Notes under the pieces: generated by a model
Database searches by the model: none
Told to the model about the DNA's origin: nothing
What the model saw: only the letters and a program-made list of their open reading frames with translations
In this document: piece after piece, positions 18,378 to 28,968 of the stretch
Layout of the letters: the number at the start of each line of letters is the position of its first letter
Numbering within the stretch: the stretch's first letter is position 1
Position numbers and translations under genes: made by a program
From: Acidobacteriota bacterium
GTDB taxonomy: Bacteria; Acidobacteriota; UBA890; WLXD01
Direction of reading: 5' to 3'
NCBI GenBank assembly: GCA_965248695.1
Contig: CBDFKD010000002.1
Span: 5,013,201-5,077,200, forward strand
Length of the DNA: 64,000 bases

Positions 18378-20414
18378 CTAGCCGTCGTCGCCGCTGTGAC
18401 GTTCGAACCAGGCCATAGCGTGGAGCACCTTCGCGATCAGCTGGCTGGGACGCGCGGAGATGTTGTGGGAGGCCCCCGGGATCTGCACCAGCGCGGTCTC
18501 GATACGCCGCAGCTTCAGCGCGTGGTAGAGCTGCTTGGACTCCGACAGCGGCGTGCGCAGGTCGGCCGTGCCCACCATCACCATCGTCGGAGTCGTTATG
18601 TTGGCCACCAGCGACAGCGGCGAGAACTGCCAGTACCCCATGGGGTTTTCCCATGGGGCGCCCGGATAGCGGTAGTGCATGTAGCCGTCGTAGTTGTCGG
18701 CCACCAGGGTCTTGCTGATCCAGTTCACCACAGGTTTGGTGACCACCGCGGCACGGAACCGGTCGGTCTTGCCGACGATCCAGGCGGTCATGATGCCGCC
18801 GGCGCTGCCGCCGGTGACGTAGAGGCGGTCCTCGTCGATGTAACCGCGCGCGACCACGTCGTCGACCACCGACATGAGGTCGTCGTAGTCGTTGCCCGGG
18901 TAGTCGTGATACAGCAGGTTGCCGAACTCCTCGCCGTAGCTCGTGCTGCCGCGTGGGTTCGAATACACCACCACGTAGCCGGCGCTGGCGTAGAGCTGGA
19001 TCTCGGCGGAGAAGCGGTCGCCGTAGTTGGAGATCGGGCCGCCGTGAATCTCCAGTAGCAACGGGTAACGGTGCGCCGGGTCGAAACCGGGCGGGTGGAC
19101 GATCCAGGACTGGATGCGGCGGCCGTCGTGGGAGGACTCCGTCCAGATCGGCTCGGCCGGGGCGATGCTGCGCTGGCTCTTCAGGTCGGCGTTGAGCGCC
19201 GTAAGCAAACGGGGTTCGCCGGCGGGCTCCACCAGCATGACTTCGCTGGGGTCGTCAGAGGTCGAGTGGGTGAAGGCCACGGTGCCGTCGCGCGCTACGG
19301 AGAAATTGCCGCCTCCGTACGGCCGCCCTACCGACGACGTGCCACCGAGCCCCTCGGCGACCGATTCGAAGCGGCCTTCCGGCGTCGTGAACCCCAGCTT
19401 CGTGATCCCTTCGTCGTCGTAGGCGAAGAAGACCCCGCTGCCGTCTGCAGCCCACACCGGCCCATTGACGGAGCGGTCTAGCTCCTCGAGCACGGCGCGA
19501 GGCCTGGAGCCGTCGGCGCCCATGAGGTGCAGGTCGCTGGTCTGGTACGTCTGGATGCGATCGTCGAAGCCGACGTAGGCGACGAGTGAGCCGTTAGGCG
19601 CCGGCGCCGGGCTGCCGTCGGGGCCTCGGCGGTCGGTGAGCTCGGTGATGGCGCCGGTCGCCAGCGACACCGTGTAGATCTCGCTTTCTCGCCGCTCGTA
19701 CTCCCAGTCGCGGCTCCGGTTTCCGGTGAAGAGCAACGAGCTGCCGTCGGCTGTCCACACAGGCCCCTGGTGATGGAAGTCGTCAGTGGTGAGCTGGCGC
19801 GCGGAGCCGCCGTCGGCCGGGATCACGAACACATGGTTGAAGCCTGGCTCGATGAAGCCCCGGCCGTCGGCCTCGTGACGCACCCGTGTCTCCACGCGCG
19901 GCGGATCCGCCCACTCCGCCCCGGCCGGCCGGGGTGGCATCGAGGTTAGCTTCGGCGGCGTGGCGGGTATCAGCATCGAGAACGCGATCTGGCTGCCGTC
20001 CGGCGACCACGCGATGCTGCGCGGCGACCGCTCGAGCTGCGTGAGCCGCGCCGATTGCCCAGTGGCCACCCAGTAAAGGTAGATCTCGGTGCCGTCCTCG
20101 CCCCCGGCCACGTAGGCGATCCGTGACCCGTCCGGGGACCAGCGCGGAGACGACTGTGTGCCCTCGCCGCCTACGAGCGGCCGATTGTCAGTGCCGTCGC
20201 TGCGCACCATCCAGATCCGCCCCTCGCGACGGTCGCGCATGATGCTCATGCCGTTGCGCACGTAAGCCACCCAGTCGCCTTCGGGCGATATCTGCACGTC
20301 GGAGGCATACTCGATCTCGAACACGTCGAGAGCGGAGAACGGCTGCTGCTGGGCAACGACGAGCAACGCCGGCAACAGCGAAAGCGAGCCGGCCAACGCC
20401 AGGTACCTGATCAT
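18378..20414 (-). CDS. S9 family serine peptidase (prolyl oligopeptidase / acylaminoacyl-peptidase-like) with N-terminal beta-propeller; secreted
   Basis: ATG at 20414. Signal MIRYLALAGSLSLLPALLVVA. TolB/WD40-like repeats. GGSAGG nucleophile elbow. Confidence 0.75.
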   Translation of the reverse strand: MIRYLALAGSLSLLPALLVVAQQQPFSALDVFEIEYASDVQISPEGDWVAYVRNGMSIMRDRREGRIWMVRSDGTDNRPLVGGEGTQSSPRWSPDGSRIAYVAGGEDGTEIYLYWVATGQSARLTQLERSPRSIAWSPDGSQIAFSMLIPATPPKLTSMPPRPAGAEWADPPRVETRVRHEADGRGFIEPGFNHVFVIPADGGSARQLTTDDFHHQGPVWTADGSSLLFTGNRSRDWEYERRESEIYTVSLATGAITELTDRRGPDGSPAPAPNGSLVAYVGFDDRIQTYQTSDLHLMGADGSRPRAVLEELDRSVNGPVWAADGSGVFFAYDDEGITKLGFTTPEGRFESVAEGLGGTSSVGRPYGGGNFSVARDGTVAFTHSTSDDPSEVMLVEPAGEPRLLTALNADLKSQRSIAPAEPIWTESSHDGRRIQSWIVHPPGFDPAHRYPLLLEIHGGPISNYGDRFSAEIQLYASAGYVVVYSNPRGSTSYGEEFGNLLYHDYPGNDYDDLMSVVDDVVARGYIDEDRLYVTGGSAGGIMTAWIVGKTDRFRAAVVTKPVVNWISKTLVADNYDGYMHYRYPGAPWENPMGYWQFSPLSLVANITTPTMVMVGTADLRTPLSESKQLYHALKLRRIETALVQIPGASHNISARPSQLIAKVLHAMAWFERHSGDDG

Positions 20415-20425
20415 GGGCTGATCCC

Positions 20426-21031
20426 TCAGAGCAGTTCGACGACGATCTCGGTCGGTCCACCTGGCGCATTGATCGCCCAGCCTGGACCGTCGAGGTCGTA
20501 GGGGCAAGATGAGACGGCGCAGATGAGGTCCATGCGCGCCTTGAGCACTACGTAGCCGCCGGGCTCGACCACGGGCGCGGCCGGCGTATGGAACAGGAAC
20601 CCGTCTTCCACGGTCGTGTTGGTAAAGAAATTCACCGCGAAAGGGGTCACGGCGATCTCGTGGCCCATTTCACGCATTGCCATCTCGAGGTTCTCGGCGC
20701 AGCTCCGGTGATGACCCTCGACGCCGAATTGTTTGTAACGAATCGCGTCGCATGGGGCGATGATCAGATCGTGGATGCCCTCGGCTCCGTCTTCGACAAA
20801 ATCGAGCATCGGCCGCCGGAAGCGACTGAGGAAGGTGTCGCCGACTCGTGGGTGCAACGCGCGTGTCGGCATCCAGGTGTGGGCGGGAGACAGCCACTCG
20901 CCGACATCGTCCGCGCGGAAGGCAAAGAGGTCGGCGGACTGTTGGCCCTTGGGAGTGATGATGCGGAACAGCTGCCCCTCGGCGACCCGAAACGCACGGC
21001 CGTCGCCGGCCGGAACAACCAATGTCTCCAT
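20426..21031 (-). CDS. DUF1989 (urea-carboxylase-associated protein-like) family protein
   Basis: 201 aa with a typical DUF1989 length and sequence pattern. Its start codon directly abuts the E-element stop at 21032. Confidence 0.55.
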   Translation of the reverse strand: METLVVPAGDGRAFRVAEGQLFRIITPKGQQSADLFAFRADDVGEWLSPAHTWMPTRALHPRVGDTFLSRFRRPMLDFVEDGAEGIHDLIIAPCDAIRYKQFGVEGHHRSCAENLEMAMREMGHEIAVTPFAVNFFTNTTVEDGFLFHTPAAPVVEPGGYVVLKARMDLICAVSSCPYDLDGPGWAINAPGGPTEIVVELL

Positions 21032-21085
21032 CTACGGGTCCGTCGGCACGAGTCGCTGCAGCTCCTCGAACCAGTTGGTGATGGC
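21032..21085 (-). repeat. E-element copy 1: conserved ~50-nt element that would encode AITNWFEELQRLVPTDP, in frame after the oxidase TGA
   Basis: Shares ttcgaggagctgcagcgactcgtgccgacggacccgtag with the copies at 30.73 kb and 34.6 kb. Confidence 0.5.
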
Positions 21086-22282
21086 TCAGAAGGTGTCATT
21101 CTTGAGTCTGAACGTATCGGCCAAATCCGGGCTGTGATCGTCACCCACGACACGATGGGCCACGTAGTCGCCCATCATGATGCCGTGCTTGTAGCCGTGG
21201 CCTGAGCCGCCGCCGACGATCCAGACGTTGTCCATCTCCGGGTGGCGGTCGACGATGAAGTGGTCGTCGACGCTGTTTTCCAACTGGCACACCCGCGACT
21301 CGAGCACCGGCTGATCCGCCAGAGCCGGGAAAGCATGCACGACGAATTGGCGCGCCTGCGCGATCTCCTCGGCGGTCACGATCCGCTCGTCGGTGTCCGG
21401 ATCGAACGGGATGCTGTCCAAATAGGGTCGCACCTTCCAGCCGCGCCCCTCGATGCCCGGGAAGCCGTAAGCGCCCTGCATCTCCCACGTCGGACAGTTG
21501 GGGTAGATGAACCGGTTGTCGTCCATCGGTACGCCGTACCAGAAGGTGCTGCCGCGAGGAGTCTGGAGCTTGTTCTTCATCACCGAGGGAAACACTTTCG
21601 GCAGCCACGGGCCGCACGCGAAGACGAACGTATCGGCCGATACCGGCTCGCCGGTCGACAGCTCGATCTCCAGTAGCTTGCCTCCGGCGTGCCGACCGGG
21701 CTTGGCCCTGGCGGTGACCACCGTGCCGCCGGCGCGCTCGAAAGCTCCCGCGACGACGAAACAGGCTCGCCGCGCCATGAGGACACCGGTGCTGGGTACG
21801 TGGAACCCGAATTCGAACTCCTGGTGGTTGAACTGAGGATAGCGCCGAGCCAGCTCGTCGTGAGGCACGACCTCGTTGTCGATCCCGTGTCGATCGAGCA
21901 CCTCCTTGCTAGCCCGCAGATGCTCGGACCATTGGCGCGCCAGCGTCAGCTGACCCGTACGGTAGAAGAGTGGCCGTCCACCCCACTCCCTCTGGCGCGC
22001 GTCCCACCGGTCGAACGCTTGCACGACCCATCGGGTGTAGATCTCGCGCTCGCCGTATTGGGTACGGATCTGCCGACTCTCTCCGCCGGAGGCCGCCCGT
22101 GCGTTGCCGGCGCCGTAGGCGTCGATGAGCGTGACCCGGTGTCCCATTTCTCGCAGATAAAGGGCTGTCCAGCCGCCGAACGCTCCCGCCCCGATGACCG
22201 CTACGTCCGCCGTCGAGACGGCCGCCGGTCCGGACGTCTGAACCGCGTTGGTCGCTGCCCGCGGTTGCTCGTTGCCGCCCAA
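21086..22282 (-). CDS. FAD-dependent oxidoreductase (DAO / sarcosine-oxidase-beta-like)
   Basis: VAVIGAGAFGGWTALYL dinucleotide-binding motif. The start is uncertain: a TTG at 22282 sits just after the upstream stop, and the track ORF extends to 22489, overlapping the NHL gene. Confidence 0.6.
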   Translation of the reverse strand: MGGNEQPRAATNAVQTSGPAAVSTADVAVIGAGAFGGWTALYLREMGHRVTLIDAYGAGNARAASGGESRQIRTQYGEREIYTRWVVQAFDRWDARQREWGGRPLFYRTGQLTLARQWSEHLRASKEVLDRHGIDNEVVPHDELARRYPQFNHQEFEFGFHVPSTGVLMARRACFVVAGAFERAGGTVVTARAKPGRHAGGKLLEIELSTGEPVSADTFVFACGPWLPKVFPSVMKNKLQTPRGSTFWYGVPMDDNRFIYPNCPTWEMQGAYGFPGIEGRGWKVRPYLDSIPFDPDTDERIVTAEEIAQARQFVVHAFPALADQPVLESRVCQLENSVDDHFIVDRHPEMDNVWIVGGGSGHGYKHGIMMGDYVAHRVVGDDHSPDLADTFRLKNDTF

Positions 22283-22284
22283 CG

Positions 22285-23385
22285 TCAGCGCGCCTGCACG
22301 TTCAGCGGCCGGAAAGGTACGTATCTCACCAGGCGCTGCCGGTTGATTTCCCCCGCGTAGATGTTGCCGGCGAAGTCCACGCCAAGGAACTCGAGCCCCG
22401 GCCCGATGTCTGCGTCGTGTTGGGGAACGAAGTGCAGGACCCAAGCCTGCTCCTCTTTCAGGTCGCCGATCCGGATCCCCTTCTCCCACCCGAAGTTGCT
22501 CCGCCAGGTGTCCGGAGGGCCGGTTCTTGGCGTGCCCGAAAGGCCGTCGGCGGCGTAGAGGATATCGTTGCGGTCAATGAAGAGCCCGCTCGGCTTGCCG
22601 TATTGGGTCCAGATGTAGAGGGGCTTGCCGACTGGGTCGAAGACCTGGATCCGGCTGTTGCCGCGGTCGGCGACGTAGACGCGACCGCGGGAGTCGAGCT
22701 TGACGTCGTGGGGGTCGCTGAACCGACCCGGCTCCCTGCTCTCCGAACCGACGCCACCGCCCACTTCGAGAAGGAAGGTGCCGTCACGCGAGAACTTGAC
22801 GAGCCGGTTGTTTCCGCCCCGGTGCCCATCAGTGACCCAGATGTCCCCGTTTCTGGCGATCGCGACGCCGGACGGCCCGTTGAAATGGTGCGGACCGTTT
22901 CCCCAGACCCCGGCTTCGCCGAGCCGCATCACAACCCCTCCTCGCTGGTCGAGCTTCACGACCTGATGACCCAGCCCGAGGCTCTCACCAAGCTTCGCCC
23001 GGGCATCCCCGTGTGAGCCGCCCTCGGTCACCCAGAGAAAGCCCTCGTGATCCAGGTAGAAGCCGTGAGGGAAGCCGAAGATCCCTGCGCCGAAGCTCTC
23101 CACCAGGTTGCCGTCGAGGTCGAACTTGAGGATCGGATCCAAGTCGCTCCCGGCGCACTGATTCCCGCCACACCGGTCGAGCATCCACAGGTGCTGGCCG
23201 TCGGGGTCGGGGAAGGCTCCGCTCATGATCCCCAGCGTTCTTCCTTCGGGGAGTTTCTCCCAATCGAGCGTGACGCGGTACGGATTGATCGTGGAAGTTT
23301 GGGCGTACAGCCACCCGCCCAGCGTCACTGCCAACGCGCTCGAGACGGCCGCAACCGCCGCGCCTATCCGACGGGCATGCCGCAT
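22285..23385 (-). CDS. NHL-repeat (peptidylglycine amidating-lyase-like beta-propeller) secreted protein
   Basis: Signal peptide. Repeated VADRGNSRIQVFD-type NHL motifs. Confidence 0.7.
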   Translation of the reverse strand: MRHARRIGAAVAAVSSALAVTLGGWLYAQTSTINPYRVTLDWEKLPEGRTLGIMSGAFPDPDGQHLWMLDRCGGNQCAGSDLDPILKFDLDGNLVESFGAGIFGFPHGFYLDHEGFLWVTEGGSHGDARAKLGESLGLGHQVVKLDQRGGVVMRLGEAGVWGNGPHHFNGPSGVAIARNGDIWVTDGHRGGNNRLVKFSRDGTFLLEVGGGVGSESREPGRFSDPHDVKLDSRGRVYVADRGNSRIQVFDPVGKPLYIWTQYGKPSGLFIDRNDILYAADGLSGTPRTGPPDTWRSNFGWEKGIRIGDLKEEQAWVLHFVPQHDADIGPGLEFLGVDFAGNIYAGEINRQRLVRYVPFRPLNVQAR

Positions 23386-23490
23386 GCGATCGGGCCTGTT
23401 TTGGTGCCGGGTTCCATGGCCTTATCAAGGAGGCATAGGTGACCGGCTGAGCCTAGCGATGGAGCAAGCGAGGGTCCAGGGTTCGGTTGC

Positions 23491-24666
23491 TCAGCCGGCA
23501 TCCACGGGTCTCCAGACCTGTTCCGCGATGCGGGCAAAGTTGCCTCCCATGATCGCCAGTATTGCGCTGTCGCCATAGCCGATATCAAGTAGTCGTTCGG
23601 TGATCTGGGGGATGGCATCGGGCTGAACGACCTGAGCGAACGGATCTGGGCCCGCCGAAGCGGGGTACTGGCGGGCGGGCCAGTACTTGGGGTCTGCCGG
23701 TGCATCGTCAGTTACCGGTGCATCGTCAGTTATCTGAACCGGTACGCTGTCGAGGCCGATGCCTACATGCTCGGGGCCAACCAGCTGAACCATGTATTCG
23801 ATATGGTCAACGAGGCGACTGACGGTACCGTCCTGCGGCCCGAGATACAGACTCACACCATTTATTGCGATTACGCCGCCCGTGGCAGCGCATGCCTCGA
23901 TGAGGTCGTCGGTGATGTTGCGCTCGTGATCCTGGAGGTTGCGGGCGTTCGAATGCGAGAAGATGACCGGCGAATCGGAGGCATCCATCGCCTCGAGGGC
24001 AGTTCGGTAGCCAGTGTGTGAACAGTCGACCAGCATTCCGACCCGATTCATTTCACGAATGACTGAGCGGCCGAACAGCGTCAGGCCGGTGTCGTCGTCG
24101 TGGCAACCGCCACCTGCCAGGTTGTTGAGATTGTAGGCGATGAGCATTTGGCGCACTCCGAGCCGGTAATAGAAGTCGACCATACCGACGTCACCGTTCA
24201 GGGCGCCCATACCCTCCAGGTCGAAACTGACCGCCAACTTGTTGTCGCGCCTGGCCTTCTGCACATCCTGAAAGGTCTCGACCTGAACGAAACGGTCGCT
24301 GTGCTTGCGAATCCAGTGCCGGTATTGCGACACCGCCTGGATAGCCAGTGTCCACGGGGTGGCGTCATAGCCGATGTTTACCGAGAGGAAGTCCGCGCCG
24401 GCGGCACTCCACAGCGCCAGCCACTGGAGATCTTCGGCCTTGTTGAAGCCCCAGCCGGCGTGATCGTCCCAAACCAGGGCTGAAGCGTGCAGGGCCGCCG
24501 CACGTTCCGAGACGCCCCAAGCTTGTACTTCGTCGATCAAAGCAGCGTGCGCATCGGCTGCCGCGGGTGGCGAGTGTGACCGGGCGACAAGAGCGGAAAG
24601 CGGCGTTCCTGCCAGAAACACGGGGCCGAGGAAACTGCCCAGAAACCGACGTCTTTGGATGCTCAT
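23491..24666 (-). CDS. M19 membrane dipeptidase family protein, Tat signal
   Basis: RRRFLGS Tat motif. DLEG and VDCSHTG M19 motifs. Carries an in-frame 18-bp tandem duplication (VTDDAP x2). Confidence 0.75.
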   Translation of the reverse strand: MSIQRRRFLGSFLGPVFLAGTPLSALVARSHSPPAAADAHAALIDEVQAWGVSERAAALHASALVWDDHAGWGFNKAEDLQWLALWSAAGADFLSVNIGYDATPWTLAIQAVSQYRHWIRKHSDRFVQVETFQDVQKARRDNKLAVSFDLEGMGALNGDVGMVDFYYRLGVRQMLIAYNLNNLAGGGCHDDDTGLTLFGRSVIREMNRVGMLVDCSHTGYRTALEAMDASDSPVIFSHSNARNLQDHERNITDDLIEACAATGGVIAINGVSLYLGPQDGTVSRLVDHIEYMVQLVGPEHVGIGLDSVPVQITDDAPVTDDAPADPKYWPARQYPASAGPDPFAQVVQPDAIPQITERLLDIGYGDSAILAIMGGNFARIAEQVWRPVDAG

Positions 24667-24948
24667 TCAGACCACTACCCCTATCAATCAACCCGACAAG
24701 CCAGGTAGTCGATATCCTGCAACCTCCGCGCCGCCCGATGGTCCGGACCAATCCGACGAGCAGACCCGAGCCAGGCTCGTTGTCGGATCAGGGTACCTGA
24801 GACCTCCTCGGCGCGCGGCAAAAGCCCCTGATTGCGTCGCAAGCGGCATGAGATACGACGCTGAAGGAAGGAGATCGGGGACGAGTGCACGGCGCCCGGG
24901 CATCAGATAGGCTCTGGAGCCTTCCGCGCTAGGCTCCCCACGCCATAC

Positions 24949-26564
24949 TTGCGCGCCGCCGATGTCTTCCAACTCCTCCGCGCCGAGATGAACCTCCGCG
25001 ACCGCGACACTAATCCGGTACAGCCGACGGGCTTGGATTACTCACGAAAGCCAATAGAGGACTACGTCGACCTGATCGATGCGGCGGTCGTCTATGAGGT
25101 GGCGACGAGGACCCCGCTCGAGCTCGCCGGTAACCTGTCGGCGCGACTCGGCAACCGGATCCTGCTGAAGCGCGAGGACCTACAGCCGATCTTCTCGTTC
25201 AAGCTCCGCGGTGCATACAACAAGATCGCATCGCTCTCGCAGCAGGCGCTGGGCGCTGGGGTCATATGCAGCTCGGCCGGTAACCACGCGCAGGGCGTGG
25301 CACTCGCCGCGCGGCGGAAAGGCACGCGGGCGGTAATCGTCATGCCGGTCACGACACCGAGCATCAAGATCGATGCCGTCAGGGGGCTGGGAGGCGAGGT
25401 GATTTTGCATGGCGACACCTACGACGACGCCTACGGCAGGGCACGGGAGCTCGAGAAGATCGACGGTCTGACGTTCTCCATCCATTCGACGATCCCGCGG
25501 TTATCGCCGGCCAGGGCACCATCGGCAAGGAGATCCTCGAGCAGGCGGACGAAGCCGTGAGCGCCGTCTTTGTTCCCATCGGCGGTGGTGGGCTCATCTC
25601 GGGAATCGCAGCCTATATCAAGGCGAAACGGCCAGAAATCCGCATGATCGGCGTCGAGCCGGAGGATTCGGCGGCGATGGGAGACTCGGTCGCCGCCGGT
25701 GAGCGCGTCACCCTGGAGCATGTCGGCAGCTTTGCCGACGGCGTCGCCGTCAAGCAGGTGGGCGAGGAGACCTTTCGACTCTGCCGGGAGCTGGTCGACG
25801 ATTTCGTCACCGTCGATACGGATCAGATCTGTGCCGCCATTCGCGACATATTCGAGGACACGCGCTCGGTCGTAGAGCCTGCCGGAGCGCTGGCGACCGC
25901 CGGCGCGAAGCAATATCTCGCCGAACACGCAGCGCGGGACGAGACGGTCGTGGTGATCAACTGCGGCGCCAACGTCAACTTCGACCGGCTAGGCCACATC
26001 GCCGAGCGCGCCGCCGTCGGTGACCAGCAGGAGATGTTGCTGGCCGTCGAGATCCCGGAGAAGCGCGGCAGCTTCAAAGCATTCTCCGAAGCCGTCGGCC
26101 GGCGCGGCGTTACCGAATTCAACTACCGCTACAGCGACCCGAAGATCGCGCACATCTTCGTCGGCATCGAACTGCGTCGTGGACCGCGGGAACGAGCGGA
26201 GCTGATCGAGACGCTGCGGGGGCTCGGGTATCCGCTCGTCGACCTGAGCGATGACGAGTTGGCGAAGCTCCACATCAGGCACATGGTCGGCGGCAGGGCA
26301 GCGAACCTCGAGAACGAACGGCTGTTCCGCTTCGAGTTTCCGGAACGTCCCGGTGCCCTACTTGACTTCCTGACCGCGATCGGCGCGAACTGGAACGTTA
26401 GCCTCTTCCACTACGGGAACCACGGCTCCGACCACGGTCGGGTCCTCGCCGGCATCCAGGTGCCCAAAGAGGACTCGGACAAACTCGAGGCACACTTCAC
26501 CGAGCTGGGCTATCCGTACTGGGAGGAGAGCGACAATCCGGCCTACGCGATGTTCCTGGCTTGA
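24949..26564 (+). CDS. ilvA: Threonine dehydratase (biosynthetic IlvA) interrupted by a -1 frameshift near 25483
   Basis: N-terminal ORF carries the PLP-Lys [10 protein letters not shown] and SAGNHAQG. The second frame continues [22 protein letters not shown]...VPIGGGGL, then the ACT-like C-terminal domains. One base is missing in atccatcc. Confidence 0.7.
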
Positions 26565-26648
26565 TGGCAAACTCGTGCTTTCACATCGGGGGCGACGTCA
26601 GGTCTCGGCGCGCGCGTGTGTCGAAAACCAGCCAAGGAAGATCGAACG

Positions 26649-28259
26649 ATGAGAAGTCTCGCTGCCGTCACCCTTGCGGGTGTTTTGTTGTCGGCCTGCG
26701 CCACCAGCCGGGGTGCCGACAATCGATCCGTGGTCGCGGCGCCGGGCACTAGCGGCACGCCCGAGTTTCTCCAGCCGATCGATCTGATTCGGTCCGCTCT
26801 CGGACCCTTCTCCTGGACGATCAGCACCAGCAAGCCACGAGCCCAGGAATACTTCGACCAGGGGATGCAGCTCCGGTATGCCTACAATGTGACGGAGGCA
26901 GCTCGCTCGATGGCCGAGGCGAGGCGCCTGGATCCCCAGTGCGCGATGTGCTTCTGGGGCGAGGCCTTCGCCCTGGGCTCGTTTCTCAACGGCGGCATGA
27001 GCGTCGATCGATCACTGCGGGCGCACGCGGCGATCGAGGAAGCAGTCGCTCTTTCAAGCAGCGCGACAGCCGTCGAGCGCGACCTGATTCTGGCGGCGCG
27101 AGATCGCTACCCCGCGAACTACGACCCTGAACAACGGCGCCCAGTCGACGAATCGTTCGCCGAGGAAATGGCGAAGGTGTACGAGAAGTACCCGGACCAT
27201 CAGGAGGTAGCCGTCGTATATGCGGTGGCTCTGTTCCTGCTCGAGGAGAGACTCGGTCACCGAGATGTCGAGGACCCCGATCTGATTCGACTTCACGGAG
27301 TGCTGACCGGCGTCCTGGAGGACAACATCGAGCATCCCGGCGCATGCCACCTCTACGTACACGCAACGGAGTCGAGCCAGCACCCGGAGTTGGCGCTCGA
27401 GTGTGCCGAACATCTCGGTCGGGCGGTGAAGGTCGCCAGCCACGTCCAGCACATGCCCTCGCATACCTGGAACGAGGTCGGTCTGTGGGGGCGGTCGGTC
27501 CAGGCCAACACTGCGGCCTGGCACTCGGACCAGAAAGCGGCGAAGAAACTCGGCTTCTCCTACGGGAGGACACACAACCTGCACATGCTGCTGTTCGCCG
27601 CCTCGATGGACGGACAGGGCGCGATCGCGACGCAGGCGGGCAAGGATTTCGCGAAAGTCGGTGGCAACACGATGCATCAGGTGTTGACCCTTCTGCGCTT
27701 CGGTCGTTTCGACGAGATCCTCCAAGTCAAGAAGCGCCCCTCGACTGAGATCGCTGGCGGCTTCTGGGAGTTCGCCCAAGGCTATGCCGAGCTACGGACC
27801 GGCGACGCAGCGGCTGCGGGCGAGCATCTGGCGCGGGTTCAGGACCTGGCGGAGCATTCCGAGGCAATGCTCCGGTTCCACGAAGGCAAACAGCTGATGG
27901 GCCTCGCAGCGGCGATCCTCGAAGGTGAGATCCTCCGCGCCCAGGGCGACCTCCAAGCCGCGATCGACGCGTTCGAGCGCGCTGCCGCCTTCGACGACCA
28001 GCAGCGCTACGACGAGCCCGAGCCGATCCCGTTCGCAGCCCGCCACTGGCTTGGCGCGGCACTCCTCGAGGCCGGGCGCCCGGCCGAAGCGGAGGACGTG
28101 TACCGAACCGAGCTCGCGGACCATCCGCACAACGTGTGGTCGCTCCACGGTCTGAGAGTCGCATTGGAGGCCCAAGGCAAGGCCGACCCAGAGGTGGAGC
28201 GAGACTTCGCCCAGAGCACTGCCAGAAGTGACACCTGGATCACTGCCTCCAGGTTCTAG
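26649..28259 (+). CDS. TPR-repeat lipoprotein (hypothetical)
   Basis: Lipobox LLSAC after MRSLAAVTLAGV. Helical TPR-like repeats throughout. Confidence 0.45.
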   Translation: MRSLAAVTLAGVLLSACATSRGADNRSVVAAPGTSGTPEFLQPIDLIRSALGPFSWTISTSKPRAQEYFDQGMQLRYAYNVTEAARSMAEARRLDPQCAMCFWGEAFALGSFLNGGMSVDRSLRAHAAIEEAVALSSSATAVERDLILAARDRYPANYDPEQRRPVDESFAEEMAKVYEKYPDHQEVAVVYAVALFLLEERLGHRDVEDPDLIRLHGVLTGVLEDNIEHPGACHLYVHATESSQHPELALECAEHLGRAVKVASHVQHMPSHTWNEVGLWGRSVQANTAAWHSDQKAAKKLGFSYGRTHNLHMLLFAASMDGQGAIATQAGKDFAKVGGNTMHQVLTLLRFGRFDEILQVKKRPSTEIAGGFWEFAQGYAELRTGDAAAAGEHLARVQDLAEHSEAMLRFHEGKQLMGLAAAILEGEILRAQGDLQAAIDAFERAAAFDDQQRYDEPEPIPFAARHWLGAALLEAGRPAEAEDVYRTELADHPHNVWSLHGLRVALEAQGKADPEVERDFAQSTARSDTWITASRF

Positions 28260-28304
28260 CGCGAACCAGCGGACCTCAACTCTTCCCCAAACCCGCGGAC
28301 CGGA

Positions 28305-28721
28305 TCAGATCCAACGCTTGCTTTCGGTCCGCTTCGAATACCAGATCATGAACGCTGCCACTACCGACGACATTAGAGTCCCGACCCAGACCTCGATTGG
28401 AACGTCGGCTGCGCCGAGGAAGGGGAACATCTGCACAACGACGCCAAGTAGCGACGCGATGAACAGGTAGTACGCAGCCGACTTCCTGAGCAGAAGCAGG
28501 AGGCAGCCAAGCGCGCCGCCGAAGACGCCGAGCGCAAAAGCTCCGGTAGCCCATACGGGCCGGCTTTCGATGATCGCCCGGTACGACTCGGACGTGGAAG
28601 CGAGCACGTCCGCATCCATCTGCGAGAAGAAGTTCATGATGCCCAACACATTCCAGATCAGCGCCACAGCGCCGATCGCCCAGAAACTCCACGGAACACT
28701 TCCAGCCGACTTGTCGCTCAT
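28305..28721 (-). CDS. Small integral membrane protein (hypothetical)
   Basis: Four predicted TM helices. ATG at 28721 (MSDKSAGSVPW...). Confidence 0.4.
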   Translation of the reverse strand: MSDKSAGSVPWSFWAIGAVALIWNVLGIMNFFSQMDADVLASTSESYRAIIESRPVWATGAFALGVFGGALGCLLLLLRKSAAYYLFIASLLGVVVQMFPFLGAADVPIEVWVGTLMSSVVAAFMIWYSKRTESKRWI

Positions 28722-28772
28722 CGCATCCCCCGAGTCCCTGCTGTCTATCGCCCGGTAACGGGCGAGCGCCGC

Positions 28773-28804
28773 AAGCGTATCGTCAGCGCCGCCGAGTTCC
28801 AACG
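28773..28804. repeat. R-core repeat copy a (aagcgtatcgtcagcgccgccgagttccaacg)
   Basis: 30/32 identical to the copies at 30569, 33115 and 40345. Lies 50-80 bp upstream of the minus-strand gene 28305..28721. Confidence 0.6.
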
Positions 28805-28968
28805 AGTCATTGCCAACTCACAAGCGCTCACGTATTTTGCCGCAGTCGCTCGGCTAGTGCCCGGCTGCTGCCTCGATCTGGCAGCGCGATGGCGTGGCGG
28901 CAGATCGTGGGCTGGTACCTACACGAGGACATGGAGCGGCTTCGACCTGTTGGCGCCATGGCCAGCGC

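Noticed and set aside
21032-21088. Stop-codon readthrough or selenocysteine recoding to explain the in-frame FEELQRLVPTDP extension after the oxidase TGA.
   Set aside because: The same element lies in the +1 frame after a TAA at 34.6 kb and outside any gene at 30.75 kb. A nucleic-acid element explains all three copies better.
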